DNA of 64,000 nucleotides from an uncultured Acidobacteriota bacterium (GCA_963796275.1 CAWCKY010000001.1:224001-288000), one strand, 5' to 3'; shown: positions 29,575 to 41,722, counted from the first letter of the stretch. Made by a program: numbers and translations. The notes: generated from the sequence alone by a model not told the origin.

Positions 29575-31797
29575 ATGACTGACTCGAATACGAATAGCAT
29601 AAAAGATAACCGCACGAGGAATGTATCTGAGATGTCAAAGATCCCTGATGAGGGCAGCCATTATCATATCCTGGCGGCGTCAAGCCCCGCGGACGAACGG
29701 ACCCGCGTGCTCAAGCACGGAGAGACGTTTGCGGTCTTCGATCATTACGGCGACATCAAGCCAGGTGGGTTGGGGGAGGAGGGGCTTTACCACGGAGGCA
29801 CGCGCTTCCTTTCTTGCTTTCTGCTGGATTTGGAAGGCAGACGCCCATTCTTTCTGAGTTCCACGGTCCGGGATGAAAATGACCAGCTGGCCGTCGCTCT
29901 CACCAATCCAGACCTGCTCCAGGATGATCAGGTAAGGCTTCCGTTGGGCGCGCTCCAACTTTCGTTGAGGAAGTTTCTCTGGAGAGGCGTCTGCTACCAG
30001 CAATTGCGCGTCAAGAATTATGCACTGAAGGCGGTGGAAACATCGCTCTCCTTATATTTTGAGGCCGATTTCGCGGACATTTTTGAAGTGCGAGGAATGA
30101 AGCGCCAGAGCCGCGGCCAGGATCTGGCTTCTGAAGTCACAGGCGACCGGGTGATCCTGCGCTACCGGGGATTAGACAACATCGTGCGGCGCACGCGCCT
30201 TGATTTCTATAAGCCGCCGTCATCGCTCTCGGCTACCACGGCCCGGTTCGACCTGTCGCTTCAACCTCAGCAGGAGACCGTCTTCACAATGGCTATCGCT
30301 TGCGAACGAGCTCCGGCGGCTCCGGTTATACTCGGCTTTGATGATGCGCGCACCCAGGCCCAGGCAGATCTGGAACGATACAACGCGTGGTCCTGCCACA
30401 TTCGAACGTCGAATGGACAGATCAACGCATGGATCAATCGGGCGGTCTCCGATCTCCACATGCTGACCACCGAGCTTCCCACCGGCCCTTACCCATATGC
30501 AGGCATACCGTGGTTCAACACTCCATTCGGCCGCGATGGAATCATCACCGCATTCGAATCGCTATGGCTCCGGCCCGCTCTGGCCCGCGGCGTGCTGGCT
30601 TATCTGGCAGAAGTGCAGGCCACAGAAGTGATTCCGGAGCAGGATGCCGAGCCGGGAAAGATACTGCACGAAACCCGCAGCGGCGAGATGGCTATACTGA
30701 AGGAGATACCATTCGGCCGCTATTACGGTAGCGTCGATTCGACGCCGCTCTTCGTCCTGCTCGCGGGCTCATACTACGAGCGGACCGGCGACCTGGGGTT
30801 CGCTGAATCGATCTGGCCCGGTGTGGAAGCGGCACTGGATTGGATCGACCGTTATGGGGATCGGGATAAAGATGGTTTTGTGAAGTACCAGCAGCAGTCG
30901 AGCGACGGTCTGCTTCATCAGGGATGGAAGGATTCCGACGATGCCATCTTCCACGCGGATGCCTCTTCAGCCAGCGGCCCCATTGCTCTGTGCGAAGTGC
31001 AGGGCTATGTCTACGCGGCCAGAAAGGCCGGGGCGGTATTGGCCGCGGCTCTGGGGTTGAGCCAGCGGTCGATTGAACTGGAGCGGCAGGCTGAGAGGCT
31101 GCGGGAACGGTTTGAGCAGTACTTCTGGTGCGATGAGTTGTCTACCTATGTGCTGGCTTTGGACGGGGAGAATCAGCCCTGCCGGGTGCGCTCGTCAAAC
31201 GCCGGACAGTGTCTGTTCACGGGCATCGCCAGCCAGGACCGCGCTCAGCGATTAGCCCGGACATTGATCAAGCCCGAGTCTTTTTCCGGATGGGGGATCA
31301 GGACCCTCGCCGCCAACGAGCCGCGCTATAACCCGATGGGCTATCACACCGGGTCGGTCTGGCCACACGATAATGCCTTGATAGCCCTGGGACTTTCGCG
31401 TTATGGCCTTGGCGAGAAGGCGCTACAGATTCTGACGGGTTTGTTCGAAGCGAGCCTCTACTTCGACTTACACAGGATGCCGGAACTATTCTGCGGCTTC
31501 ACACGACAACCTGGGGAAGGGCCTGTTCTCTACCCGGTGGCCTGTGCGCCGCAGGCCTGGTCAGCGGCCTCCGTGTTCCTCTTATTTCAAGCCTGTCTCG
31601 GTCTGAGAATAAGTGGCCCTGACTCGCAAATCTCTTTCACCCGCCCGTGCCTGCCCGCCTCGTTGAACGAATTGCGAATACATAATCTTGAGGTCGCTGG
31701 ATCGTCTGTCGACCTGTTGTTGGTGCGCCACGAGTACGACGTAGGGGTTAACGTACTGCGCCGCGAGGGAGACGTCAGGATCATAGTGATTAAATGA
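29575..31797 (+). CDS. Amylo-alpha-1,6-glucosidase / glycogen-debranching-like (alpha/alpha)6 glycoside hydrolase
   Basis: YAGIPWFNTPFGRD, EPGKILHE, YYGSVDSTPLF, QGWKDS, EVQGY, YHTGSVWPHDN, ACAPQAWS. Confidence 0.9.
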   Translation: MTDSNTNSIKDNRTRNVSEMSKIPDEGSHYHILAASSPADERTRVLKHGETFAVFDHYGDIKPGGLGEEGLYHGGTRFLSCFLLDLEGRRPFFLSSTVRDENDQLAVALTNPDLLQDDQVRLPLGALQLSLRKFLWRGVCYQQLRVKNYALKAVETSLSLYFEADFADIFEVRGMKRQSRGQDLASEVTGDRVILRYRGLDNIVRRTRLDFYKPPSSLSATTARFDLSLQPQQETVFTMAIACERAPAAPVILGFDDARTQAQADLERYNAWSCHIRTSNGQINAWINRAVSDLHMLTTELPTGPYPYAGIPWFNTPFGRDGIITAFESLWLRPALARGVLAYLAEVQATEVIPEQDAEPGKILHETRSGEMAILKEIPFGRYYGSVDSTPLFVLLAGSYYERTGDLGFAESIWPGVEAALDWIDRYGDRDKDGFVKYQQQSSDGLLHQGWKDSDDAIFHADASSASGPIALCEVQGYVYAARKAGAVLAAALGLSQRSIELERQAERLRERFEQYFWCDELSTYVLALDGENQPCRVRSSNAGQCLFTGIASQDRAQRLARTLIKPESFSGWGIRTLAANEPRYNPMGYHTGSVWPHDNALIALGLSRYGLGEKALQILTGLFEASLYFDLHRMPELFCGFTRQPGEGPVLYPVACAPQAWSAASVFLLFQACLGLRISGPDSQISFTRPCLPASLNELRIHNLEVAGSSVDLLLVRHEYDVGVNVLRREGDVRIIVIK

Positions 31798-31926
31798 GCG
31801 AAGATTGCTTGATGTCTTGGTGACGCAAAGGTCCAGAGGGATTTTTTTAAAGGACCAGAATTGAAGGGCCCACTAATGCCCCTATCTGCTGCCTCACTGA
31901 AAGAATTATCTTGAAGGTTCGATCTC

Positions 31927-32135
31927 ATTTCGGTGAAGGATGCGAAAGCGGAATTTCACCGGAATATCTATCGAGTATCTTCGATCGATTCGCCCGCGTG
32001 ACGGGCTCGGATGAAGCGGGACTCGGGCTCGCGATCGCAAAAGCGGTTGGTGGAAGCCCACGTCGGGCAGTTTACCGCGCAATCCGATGTCGGACGGGGA
32101 AGCACATTCACTTTCACTTTGCCAATTGAAAGATG
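31927..32135 (+). pseudogene. Histidine kinase HATPase C-terminal remnant
   Basis: ISVKD / [22 protein letters not shown] / [22 protein letters not shown], broken by frameshifts, with no N-terminal part. Confidence 0.75.
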
Positions 32136-32296
32136 CCGGAAGGCGATGTTGATGGACGGCCATATCTATGATGAGAAAATTCATCGCAGATAAAAACAGA
32201 TGCGACGGACAGACACGAAATTATAAAAATATTGTGTCGATCCGTCGCATATTTCCTGTGGCGAAGTTCGCCCCGCTCCAATCCTTTTCCCGGCCT

Positions 32297-32599
32297 TTAC
32301 TTCTTCCCCGGGACGATGGCGTCCTTGGCAGCCTTTGCCACGCGGAATTTGACCACCGTTTTGGCGGGTATCTTGATCGGTGTGCCTGTCATCGGATTCC
32401 TACCCATACGAGCTTTGCGGTGCGCTTTAACAAGCTTTCCCAGCCCAGGGAGCGTGAATGCGCCGACCTTTTTGGTCTGCATGACGGCAACAGAGGCGAG
32501 TTCATCCAGTATCTCATTCGCCGACTTCTTCGAGAAATTGAATTTTTCGGCGATATGGGCCGCCAATTGGCTCTTGGTCATCTGTTTTGTTGTAGCCAT
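32297..32599 (-). CDS. HU family DNA-binding protein
   Basis: MTKSQL, LPGLGKL, RKARMGRNPMTG..IKIPAK..VKF; AGGAG RBS before ATG 32599. Confidence 0.92.
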   Translation of the reverse strand: MATTKQMTKSQLAAHIAEKFNFSKKSANEILDELASVAVMQTKKVGAFTLPGLGKLVKAHRKARMGRNPMTGTPIKIPAKTVVKFRVAKAAKDAIVPGKK

Positions 32600-33231
32600 A
32601 TTTTTTCTCCTTGTTGTTTGTTTCTTTAGGGTGTGCAACACCGCGCTTCTTCTAGCACCAAAGCGCGAGGGCAGCCTCCGTGGCCGAACCTGCTCTCAGC
32701 TCTGCGTAGCAACTATTGCAGCGTCGATCTACTGCAGCGTCAATGCCGCACGGTTCCTGCATAAAATACCACGCAATTCCGGGCGTTTCGCGTCAAGTGA
32801 AACGAGGCAAAACTGCGATCACATTATCTAGTGCAGAACCGCGGCGCAGTATACCGAATCTTGTATGGAGGCGCAAGAAAAATTTTCGAAGAAAATGCAT
32901 AAAATACCTTATTTTTCGGGGTGATAAGACGACTACCTCTGTAATGCCCCTATCAATATTGGCTGATAACACCTCGAGCTGAGCGAGTGGAGCAAACTCC
33001 GGCGTGCCGGCGACCAACTCATATCGCAGAAGGGGGCAGCGCTGCCGTTGACTGAAAGAGGGCTGGGGTTGAATCTGTCTCAGCAGCATTGCCAACATCG
33101 AAGCTTTGGTTTAGATTTTCCGCTCGTGCGCCAAGGGTATCGTTTGCAAATTCACCTGCCCGCTGGCGAATGGGTCTTTATTACTGCGCGCACAGAAAAT
33201 CATACTTGCTATATTACGGAGGATAAATATT

Positions 33232-33420
33232 GTGCCACTAGCTGCCTGTCCTGAATGTGAGGCTGAAATTCATGTCGATGAAGACGTCGATAAGGGTGAG
33301 ATCCTCAATTGTGAGGAATGTGAAGTTATGCTCGAGGTCGTCGGGCTCGATCCGATTGAACTCGATATCGCACCGGACGAGGATGATGAAGATGATTATG
33401 ACGATGAAGAGGGATATTGA
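33232..33420 (+). CDS. LysW/ArgW-like zinc-ribbon carrier protein with atypical C-terminus
   Basis: CPECEA...GEILNCEEC...LEVVGLDPIEL plus acidic tail; GGAGGA RBS; ends DDEEGY rather than EDWGE. Confidence 0.75.
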   Translation: MPLAACPECEAEIHVDEDVDKGEILNCEECEVMLEVVGLDPIELDIAPDEDDEDDYDDEEGY

Positions 33421-33424
33421 ACGC

Positions 33425-34384
33425 CTATTTTACCGGGGCTGTATATCCATTGCGGCTGACGCGTAGCATCACGCCCGGGCGCGATGTTTTCACCCGCAGT
33501 TCGTGGAACTTGCCATCGCGCAAATCCGGATAGTACGACAGCGCATAGCTCGCACGAATCTCTTCGGCCAGCGCCTTGAAGACGGGGGTGAAATCCTGAG
33601 CATCAGCGGCGAAATCGCGACCGCCCGTCCCATTCACGACCTGCGTGGCATCCAATGGAGTAATAACGCGGTCTATCGAGCGACTCGGCGAAAGCATATA
33701 GGATGGCAGTGTGATGGAATATACCGTCACTCCTGCAGCATTTGCTCGGCGCACCAGTTCCTTCCTGTCGATGACGCTGGCTGAATCGAAGCCATCGCTG
33801 ATTACTATCACGACGCGCCGGAGCGGGCGGTTCTTGCGTATGCGCGGAGCCTTTCGATCGAGCATCACGATGGCTTGATCGATCGCGTCATATATTCTGG
33901 TCGAACCCTCGAACCCGCGTATCTTTCCGAGCGCGCTCTCGATCTTTCGCGAATCGCCCGTGAAATCCTGGAGTATTCTCACCTTATCGTTGAATGCCAT
34001 GGCGGCAAAGACCGATTCGCCTTTCATCAACTCAGCAAATTTGAGAGCCGCTTCGCGCAAGGTGACGGTCTCTTCCGGTTTGAGGCTACCGGAAATATCG
34101 AGCGCGAATATCGCCGCCAACGGCCGCGAGAGTGTGGACTCATCCGTCATCGTAAAGAAATCTATCTTCCGCGGCTTCCCATCCTCAAACAGCACGAATT
34201 CGTCGGCACGCAGGTCTCTTATATAATTTCCGTTGGCATCCGTGGCCGTGACGTCGATGGCGACCAGATCTGTGTCCATCCGAATAGTCAGTGGCGGGCG
34301 AGGTTCCTGTGGCCGGCGGTCTTGTGCGACGGCGATCGTCGAATCTAAAATCAACAGTGCTGAAATGATGAATAGTGATTTCAT
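33425..34384 (-). CDS. VWA domain protein (Acidobacterial VWFA-related)
   Basis: LVAIDVTATD, FEDGKP, MIDAS motif DISGS, T.IYDAI, ISDG, TGG, Y.LSYYP; signal peptide. Confidence 0.88.
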   Translation of the reverse strand: MKSLFIISALLILDSTIAVAQDRRPQEPRPPLTIRMDTDLVAIDVTATDANGNYIRDLRADEFVLFEDGKPRKIDFFTMTDESTLSRPLAAIFALDISGSLKPEETVTLREAALKFAELMKGESVFAAMAFNDKVRILQDFTGDSRKIESALGKIRGFEGSTRIYDAIDQAIVMLDRKAPRIRKNRPLRRVVIVISDGFDSASVIDRKELVRRANAAGVTVYSITLPSYMLSPSRSIDRVITPLDATQVVNGTGGRDFAADAQDFTPVFKALAEEIRASYALSYYPDLRDGKFHELRVKTSRPGVMLRVSRNGYTAPVK

Positions 34385-34421
34385 GGCAGCCTCAATCTTC
34401 GACAACGATCTGAATACTATT

Positions 34422-35036
34422 ATGAAGCATCAACTGAAATACGCAATGGTGATCGGGCTTTTTCTCATGATCCAGGCGAACGCCCAAACGGGAACGGTCA
34501 AAGGACGAGTGAAAGAGCAAAACGGCAAGGCCCTCGAGGGTGTACTTGTGCGCGCCAACAGCGCGAACGACAAAGATGAGAGTCATGAAACCCGGAGCGA
34601 CAGCAAGGGGGATTTTGAATTCATCGGGCTGCAGCCAGGCGATTATTCATTCACTTTTGAAAAACAGGGATTCAAGACATTCAGCACGCGCAAACTCGAG
34701 CTGGCTGCCGGTGATACCCTCAAACTGAGCCGCGGCATAGAGCTCAAACGCGAAGGAGAACCATTCTCCGTTATTCGAGGGGCGGTACTCTATGATGCCG
34801 GGTTCACGCTGCCCAATGCGGCTGTTACGATTGAGCGCATCGACGGGGGAAAGAAATTCAAACAGGAGACCGTATCGCGCGAGGGAGGCGAATTCGCTTT
34901 CCGGGTTAAATCCGAGAAGGCTCGATATCGCATATCTGCCAGCTCCCGCGGCTTCCAGCCTGGGTCCATTGAAATAGATATCGTGGGAGATGAATTGCGG
35001 TCGGTGGTGGTGACGCTGCAAAAAGAAAAAGAATGA
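34422..35036 (+). CDS. Secreted protein with two carboxypeptidase-regulatory-like domains
   Basis: Signal peptide from ATG 34422; GTVKGRV...SDSKGDFEF.GLQPGDY...GF pattern repeated. Confidence 0.8.
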   Translation: MKHQLKYAMVIGLFLMIQANAQTGTVKGRVKEQNGKALEGVLVRANSANDKDESHETRSDSKGDFEFIGLQPGDYSFTFEKQGFKTFSTRKLELAAGDTLKLSRGIELKREGEPFSVIRGAVLYDAGFTLPNAAVTIERIDGGKKFKQETVSREGGEFAFRVKSEKARYRISASSRGFQPGSIEIDIVGDELRSVVVTLQKEKE

Positions 35037-35140
35037 TCGCGTAAAGATTCTCCGCAAAAACAAAAGACAAAAAACACAAATATACTTTTGTGTCTTTTGT
35101 CCCCCCTATAATTGTTGGCGGTGAATCACTGCGCGATCTC

Positions 35141-36475
35141 TTACGAGTTCATCGAAGCCAGAAACTCCGCGTTCGTCTTCGTCTTCTCGAGACGCTCGAG
35201 CACGAGTTCCATCTGTTCAACCGGAGAAAGCGGGTTGAGCACGCGGCGTAAGACCCAGATGCGGTCGAGGTCTTTCTTCAGAATCAGCAATTCTTCTTTG
35301 CGCGTCCCTGATTTTTGCAGGTCGATCGCCGGGAAGACGCGTTTGTCGGAGAGCTTGCGGTCGAGATGGATTTCCATGTTACCCGTTCCTTTGAACTCCT
35401 CGAAGATAACGTCGTCCATCCTGCTGCCCGTTTCGATCAAAGCCGTCGCGATGATCGTCAGCGAGCCGCCCTCTTCGATGTTTCGTGCCGCTCCGAAGAA
35501 ACGCTTCGGGCGCTGTAGCGCGTTGGAATCGACGCCGCCCGAGAGGATTTTGCCGGATGGCGGTACCACCGCGTTATGCGCGCGCGCGAGGCGCGTGATC
35601 GAATCGAGCAGGATCACCACATCGCGTTTGTGCTCGACCAGGCGCTTCGCCTTCTCGATCACCATGTCGGCCACCTGCACGTGGCGCGATGCGGGTTCGT
35701 CGAAGGTGGATGAAATCACCTCGCCATTGACCGAACGCTGCATGTCCGTTACCTCCTCCGGACGTTCATCGATCAACAGAACGATAAGCGTCACTTCGGG
35801 ATGGTTCTCCGTAATGGAGTTGGCGATCGATTGCAGAAGCATGGTCTTGCCCGTCCGCGGCGGCGCAACGATCAAACCGCGTTGCCCTTTGCCGATCGGC
35901 ATAAAGAGGTCGATGACGCGCGCTGATGCGTTCTCCGTCGCCGTCTCCATTCTCAGATGTTCGTTCGGATAGAGCGGCGTGAGGTTGTCGAAGAAGACCT
36001 TGTCGCGGGCTATCTCGGGCGGCTCGAAGTTGATCGCCTCGACCTTGATCAGGGCGAAATATCGCTCACCCTCCTTGGGAGGACGTATCTGACCGGAGAT
36101 CGTATCGCCCGTCCGCAAATCGAATTTGCGAATCTGCGATGGGCTGACGTAGATGTCATCCGGACCTGGTAAATAGTTATATTCCGGAGCCCGTAGGAAT
36201 CCGAATCCATCAGGTAAGGTCTCGAGCACACCCTCCGAGAAGATCAACCCCGACTTCTCGGTCTGCGCCTGCAGGATTTTGAAGATCAACTCTTGCTTCC
36301 GCATTCCTGTGGCGCCGGGCACGTCCAACTCTTTGGCGATCTGCGTCAGCTTGGAGATATTCATCTCCTTCAGGTCCGCTATATCCAAAAAGCTGTCATA
36401 ACTTTCATCAAAGTCGCTGATTTCATCGTCGTTGTTGCTATGGTTTCTTGGTCTATTTGTGATTTTCTCTGGCAT
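35141..36475 (-). CDS. rho: Transcription termination factor Rho
   Basis: [56 protein letters not shown]. Confidence 0.98.
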   Translation of the reverse strand: MPEKITNRPRNHSNNDDEISDFDESYDSFLDIADLKEMNISKLTQIAKELDVPGATGMRKQELIFKILQAQTEKSGLIFSEGVLETLPDGFGFLRAPEYNYLPGPDDIYVSPSQIRKFDLRTGDTISGQIRPPKEGERYFALIKVEAINFEPPEIARDKVFFDNLTPLYPNEHLRMETATENASARVIDLFMPIGKGQRGLIVAPPRTGKTMLLQSIANSITENHPEVTLIVLLIDERPEEVTDMQRSVNGEVISSTFDEPASRHVQVADMVIEKAKRLVEHKRDVVILLDSITRLARAHNAVVPPSGKILSGGVDSNALQRPKRFFGAARNIEEGGSLTIIATALIETGSRMDDVIFEEFKGTGNMEIHLDRKLSDKRVFPAIDLQKSGTRKEELLILKKDLDRIWVLRRVLNPLSPVEQMELVLERLEKTKTNAEFLASMNS

Positions 36476-36663
36476 AAAATTACCTCTGGTTCTTCAACAT
36501 AGGGTATGCATGCATCCTCAGTCATTACTCAATGCCATAATCGATGTAAGCCGGGAAATCAGTGCGCGAGAAATCCGTGTCGTTGCGGTGAGTATCGCAA
36601 TTGACTTGTCAGGGAGATGTGTCTCGTTATTGTTCTATTTCTATGTTACTGGTATAAGGGGTT

Positions 36664-37248
36664 TTATTGTTTTTCTGCGATGCTGGCCAGGATCACATCC
36701 CAAACCTGACTCGCGCCGTCGCGCGTGATTGATGAATACTGGATAATATCTTCTGTATCAAAAATCTTCTTTGTAAGTTGCCGGGATTTGCTTTGTTCGT
36801 TAGCTTTCAGTTTATCAATTTTCGTTGAGACCACCAGAAAAGGAAGCCCATAGTGCTGGAGCCAGGATTTCATCTGAAGGTCTAACGGGGAAGGCTCATG
36901 CCGAGCATCTACGATTAAAATAGATAACACAAGCTGCTTCCGTTCTGCAAGGTATCTCTCGATTAATTTGCCCCAAGCGCGGCGATTTTCCTTTGATGTC
37001 TTGGCAAATCCGTACCCGGGTAGATCTACGAAATAGAACTCTTCATTGATCAGAAAAAAATTGATTGATTGAGTCCTTCCCGGCGTCGAACTGGTACGCG
37101 CGAGCCCTTTCACTTCCAAAAGGCTATTGATCAGGCTCGATTTGCCCACATTGGAACGGCCGATGAAAACAATCTCCGGACGCCTGTCGCTTGGAAATGA
37201 ATCCACATTTGTGGCGGCAGCAATGAATTTTGCGCTTCTGACTCTCAT
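36664..37248 (-). CDS. engB: Ribosome biogenesis GTPase YihA/YsxC
   Basis: GRSNVGKSS, TPGRT, DLPGYG, TKID. Confidence 0.95.
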   Translation of the reverse strand: MRVRSAKFIAAATNVDSFPSDRRPEIVFIGRSNVGKSSLINSLLEVKGLARTSSTPGRTQSINFFLINEEFYFVDLPGYGFAKTSKENRRAWGKLIERYLAERKQLVLSILIVDARHEPSPLDLQMKSWLQHYGLPFLVVSTKIDKLKANEQSKSRQLTKKIFDTEDIIQYSSITRDGASQVWDVILASIAEKQ

Positions 37249-37348
37249 CAAAAGGCCTTCACCACAAGACCACAAAATGAAAGCCCGATGGGCGAAAGAA
37301 TTTTGCTCTCGCCGTTCGGGGTTTCATTTTGCGTATTTTGTCGTGAAC

Positions 37349-39796
37349 CTATCCGGTCACCGGCCCTTCCGCGGGCACAGTGCCTGACGGCGGCTGCTGC
37401 CAGACCGGAGCCGCCATTTCTAGATTTGTTGGCGGAATGCGTTCGAGAGCTAATTGCAATACTTCATCCATACCGTCCACGAGGTTGATTTGTATGGCAT
37501 CGAGCACTTCCGGAGGGACATCGCTCAGGTCCTTCTCGTTCTCTTTGGGCAGAATGATCATGGTCAGGCCGATGCGGTGAGCCGCCAGCAGCTTCTCTTT
37601 CACTCCGCCGATCGGGAGGACTTTGCCCCTCAGCGTGATTTCACCGGTCATCGCTACTTCTTTATGGACCGGGACCCTCGTCAATGCCGAAGCCATCGCG
37701 GTGGCCATCGTTATTCCGGCTGATGGGCCGTCTTTCGGGATAGCGCCTTCCGGCACGTGCACGTGCAGATCGTAGTTTTTGTGGAGGTCGGTTGGGATGC
37801 CCAGTTCCGCCGCGCGCGACCTGATGTATGTGATTGCGGCGTGCGCCGATTCCTGCATGACATCGCCCAGCTTGCCGGTGAGCGTCAGCTTGCCTGAGCC
37901 TTCGATAAGCGTGGCTTCAATCTGCAGCACATCGCCGCCGACTTCGGTGACGGCCAAACCGTTCGCCAGGCCCACTTCGCTCCGTTCCGTCATGCGCTGC
38001 GATCGATATTTCAAAGGACCAAGCATCTTTTTGACCGCCGCGCCATCGACCACGTAATGGAACTGATCCTCTTCACCGCCATCTTTATCGGTCAACTGCA
38101 CCACCTGGCGAGCCACTTTGCGGCAGAGCGATCCGATCTCGCGTTCGAGATTGCGCACACCCGCCTCGCGCGTGTAATTTTCGATGATCGTCTTGATTCC
38201 CTCGTCGAGAAACTCCACCTGCGCGTCCTTCAGTCCATTGCTTTCCGTCTGTTTCCTGACGAGATGCCGCTTGGCGATCTCCATCTTTTCGCGCTCCGTG
38301 TAACCTGCCAGCCTGATGATCTCCAGCCGGTCCTGCAACGCCGGCGGGATGGTATGCAAAACGTTGGCCGTCCCGATGAACATGACCTGCGACAGGTCGT
38401 ATTCGACATCGAGATAATGATCGTGAAATGTGTGGTTCTGCTCGGGGTCCAGCACCTCCAGGAGTGCGGCCGACGGATCTCCGCGGAAATCCGAGCCTAA
38501 TTTGTCCACCTCATCGAGCAGGATGAGCGGGTTGATTGTGCCGGCCTTCTTCATCATCTGGATGATCTGTCCGGGGAGAGCGCCGATGTAAGTGCGGCGA
38601 TGCCCGCGGATTTCCGCTTCGTCGCGCACGCCGCCCAGCGAAAGCCGCACGAAATTTCTCCCCGTGGCTTTTGCGATCGATCGGCCGAGCGATGTCTTTC
38701 CGACGCCGGGCGGGCCGACGAAACAAAGGATCGAGCCGCGCGGCTTCTCGACGAGCTGGCGCACAGCCAGGTATTCCAGGATGCGCTCTTTAACTTTTTC
38801 GAGCCCGTAGTGATCGGCCTCCAGGACTTCCTGGGCGTGCCGGATATCGCGGATCTCCTCGCTTCGCTTATTCCACGGAACGTTGAGCAGCCAGTCCAGA
38901 TAGTTGCGCGAGACGGTAGATTCGGCTGACATCGGCGGCATCTGCTCGAGCCGCTTCAACTCGTTGATCGCCTTTTCGTACGCCTCCTGCGTCATCCCCG
39001 CATCGTCGATCTTCTGCCGCAACTCCTCGAATTCGGCACGTTCGTCCTTGCGCCCCAACTCCTTGTGGATGGCCTTGATCTTCTCGTTTAGATAGTACTC
39101 GCGCTGCTGTTTCTCCATCTGTCGTTTGACGCGCGTCTGGATGGTCCGGTCTACATTGAGTTTGTCTATTTCGATCTCGAGCACCTCGATCATCCGCAGC
39201 ATCCGCTCGTAGGTCGAATAGGTCTCGAGCAATCCCTGTTTGTCCTCGATCTCGAGCTTCATTCTGTCGGCGAGCTGATCGACCAGCTGCCCCGGATCGT
39301 TGGCCCGCAGCGCCGCCTGTATCTGCTCGGGATTTCCCTCCTGCGCCAGCTTCATGTACTGCTCGACCAGCGAAACGACGCGAGAAACGAGCGGAGCTAT
39401 CTTCTTGTTGTTCTCCGCCACGACGGGCGCGCGACGCAGAGTCGCGAGATAATACCCGTCGCGCTCCTCCACCCGAACTGCGCGCGCTCGCTCCCTGCCC
39501 TCTACCAGGACCTTAATCGTCGATTCTTCCGGCTTGCGGAGAAAATTTTTGATAATGGCGAGCGTTCCCACCTGATAAATCTGATCGGGAGTCGGGTCTT
39601 CGACCGTGGCGTCGTGTTGGGTCGCCAGAAAGATAATACGATCCTCCGTCGCCAACGCCTCTTCCAGAGCCCGCACCGATGAGGGACGGCCGATATTGAA
39701 GGGCGCTTTCGTATGCGGAAAGGCGACAATATCGCGAATAGGAACCATCGGATATTGGACTACATCGCTCGGTGTACCATCGTGGAATTCTTGCAT
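37349..39796 (-). CDS. lon: Lon protease (endopeptidase La)
   Basis: N-domain, [27 protein letters not shown] catalytic Ser, PIGGVKEK. Confidence 0.98.
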   Translation of the reverse strand: MQEFHDGTPSDVVQYPMVPIRDIVAFPHTKAPFNIGRPSSVRALEEALATEDRIIFLATQHDATVEDPTPDQIYQVGTLAIIKNFLRKPEESTIKVLVEGRERARAVRVEERDGYYLATLRRAPVVAENNKKIAPLVSRVVSLVEQYMKLAQEGNPEQIQAALRANDPGQLVDQLADRMKLEIEDKQGLLETYSTYERMLRMIEVLEIEIDKLNVDRTIQTRVKRQMEKQQREYYLNEKIKAIHKELGRKDERAEFEELRQKIDDAGMTQEAYEKAINELKRLEQMPPMSAESTVSRNYLDWLLNVPWNKRSEEIRDIRHAQEVLEADHYGLEKVKERILEYLAVRQLVEKPRGSILCFVGPPGVGKTSLGRSIAKATGRNFVRLSLGGVRDEAEIRGHRRTYIGALPGQIIQMMKKAGTINPLILLDEVDKLGSDFRGDPSAALLEVLDPEQNHTFHDHYLDVEYDLSQVMFIGTANVLHTIPPALQDRLEIIRLAGYTEREKMEIAKRHLVRKQTESNGLKDAQVEFLDEGIKTIIENYTREAGVRNLEREIGSLCRKVARQVVQLTDKDGGEEDQFHYVVDGAAVKKMLGPLKYRSQRMTERSEVGLANGLAVTEVGGDVLQIEATLIEGSGKLTLTGKLGDVMQESAHAAITYIRSRAAELGIPTDLHKNYDLHVHVPEGAIPKDGPSAGITMATAMASALTRVPVHKEVAMTGEITLRGKVLPIGGVKEKLLAAHRIGLTMIILPKENEKDLSDVPPEVLDAIQINLVDGMDEVLQLALERIPPTNLEMAAPVWQQPPSGTVPAEGPVTG

Positions 39797-39865
39797 CGTT
39801 GCCTAGACCTCGGAATTATGGGGCTATTAATGAACGAGAGCTATTTCAATGGAGTTAGGAGAAGT

Positions 39866-39958
39866 TAAAAAGGGCAATAATTTGCAAAAAAGGCAAAAAG
39901 CCTGCAATTTTGTTTCAATTTGCCCTTAATGCCTCTTCTGCTTCCCTTTTTACCTTTG
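39866..39958. repeat. Imperfect A-rich/T-rich palindrome (same family as 12711-12793)
   Basis: AAAGGGCAATAATTTGCAAAAAAGGCAAAAAG faces TTTGCCCTTAATGCCTCTTCTGCTTCCC, between clpX and lon. Confidence 0.65.
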
Positions 39959-39967
39959 AGCTCTATT

Positions 39968-41197
<1,230 letters not shown>

Positions 41198-41305
41198 CTT
41201 GCGGCCTCCACCTTGGGTTCATATATTTGCATTACGGATGATTACCTTTAGGATGATTACGTTTGATTGATGTTTATGATAAACAAGTGTCCGACTGCGC
41301 GCAAG

Positions 41306-41722
41306 CTATCCTCCCAGACCGGGGCTGGGACCGGACTTGAGTATTTCGCATGCGCGTATGCATTTATCGCATATCCGCGCGTCGATGCCCGGGAAAAGGC
41401 GCTCTCCCTGTTGATTGCTGCGGTCATGGTTGTTGAAGCTGCAGGCATTGGTCCCGCTCAGAGAGTCGCCGAGAATTTTCTTATACCACGGCTGTTCGAT
41501 TTTCGGCGGGCTCATTCCCATCTCGCGATAGTCGTGCAGGAGTTGCACGCAGACATCAACGCATTCATCGCAGATATAACCCGAGTGTCCCTCGAAGAGA
41601 CGTGCGACTTCACCATAGGCGAGGCCGCAGAATGAGCAGCGCAAAACCTCTCGCTGCCCTTGTAAGTCCATCGTCCCGATGTAGTTATTTAGCGAATTGG
41701 AAGGGGAATTGCCGCTGTTCAT
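41306..41722 (-). CDS. Stand-alone protein with two ClpX-type C4 zinc-binding domains
   Basis: CSFCG...EVARLFEG..GYICDECVDVC and CSF...RLFPG..ARICDKCIRAC; the start may be ATG 41671. Confidence 0.75.
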   Translation of the reverse strand: MNSGNSPSNSLNNYIGTMDLQGQREVLRCSFCGLAYGEVARLFEGHSGYICDECVDVCVQLLHDYREMGMSPPKIEQPWYKKILGDSLSGTNACSFNNHDRSNQQGERLFPGIDARICDKCIRACEILKSGPSPGLGG

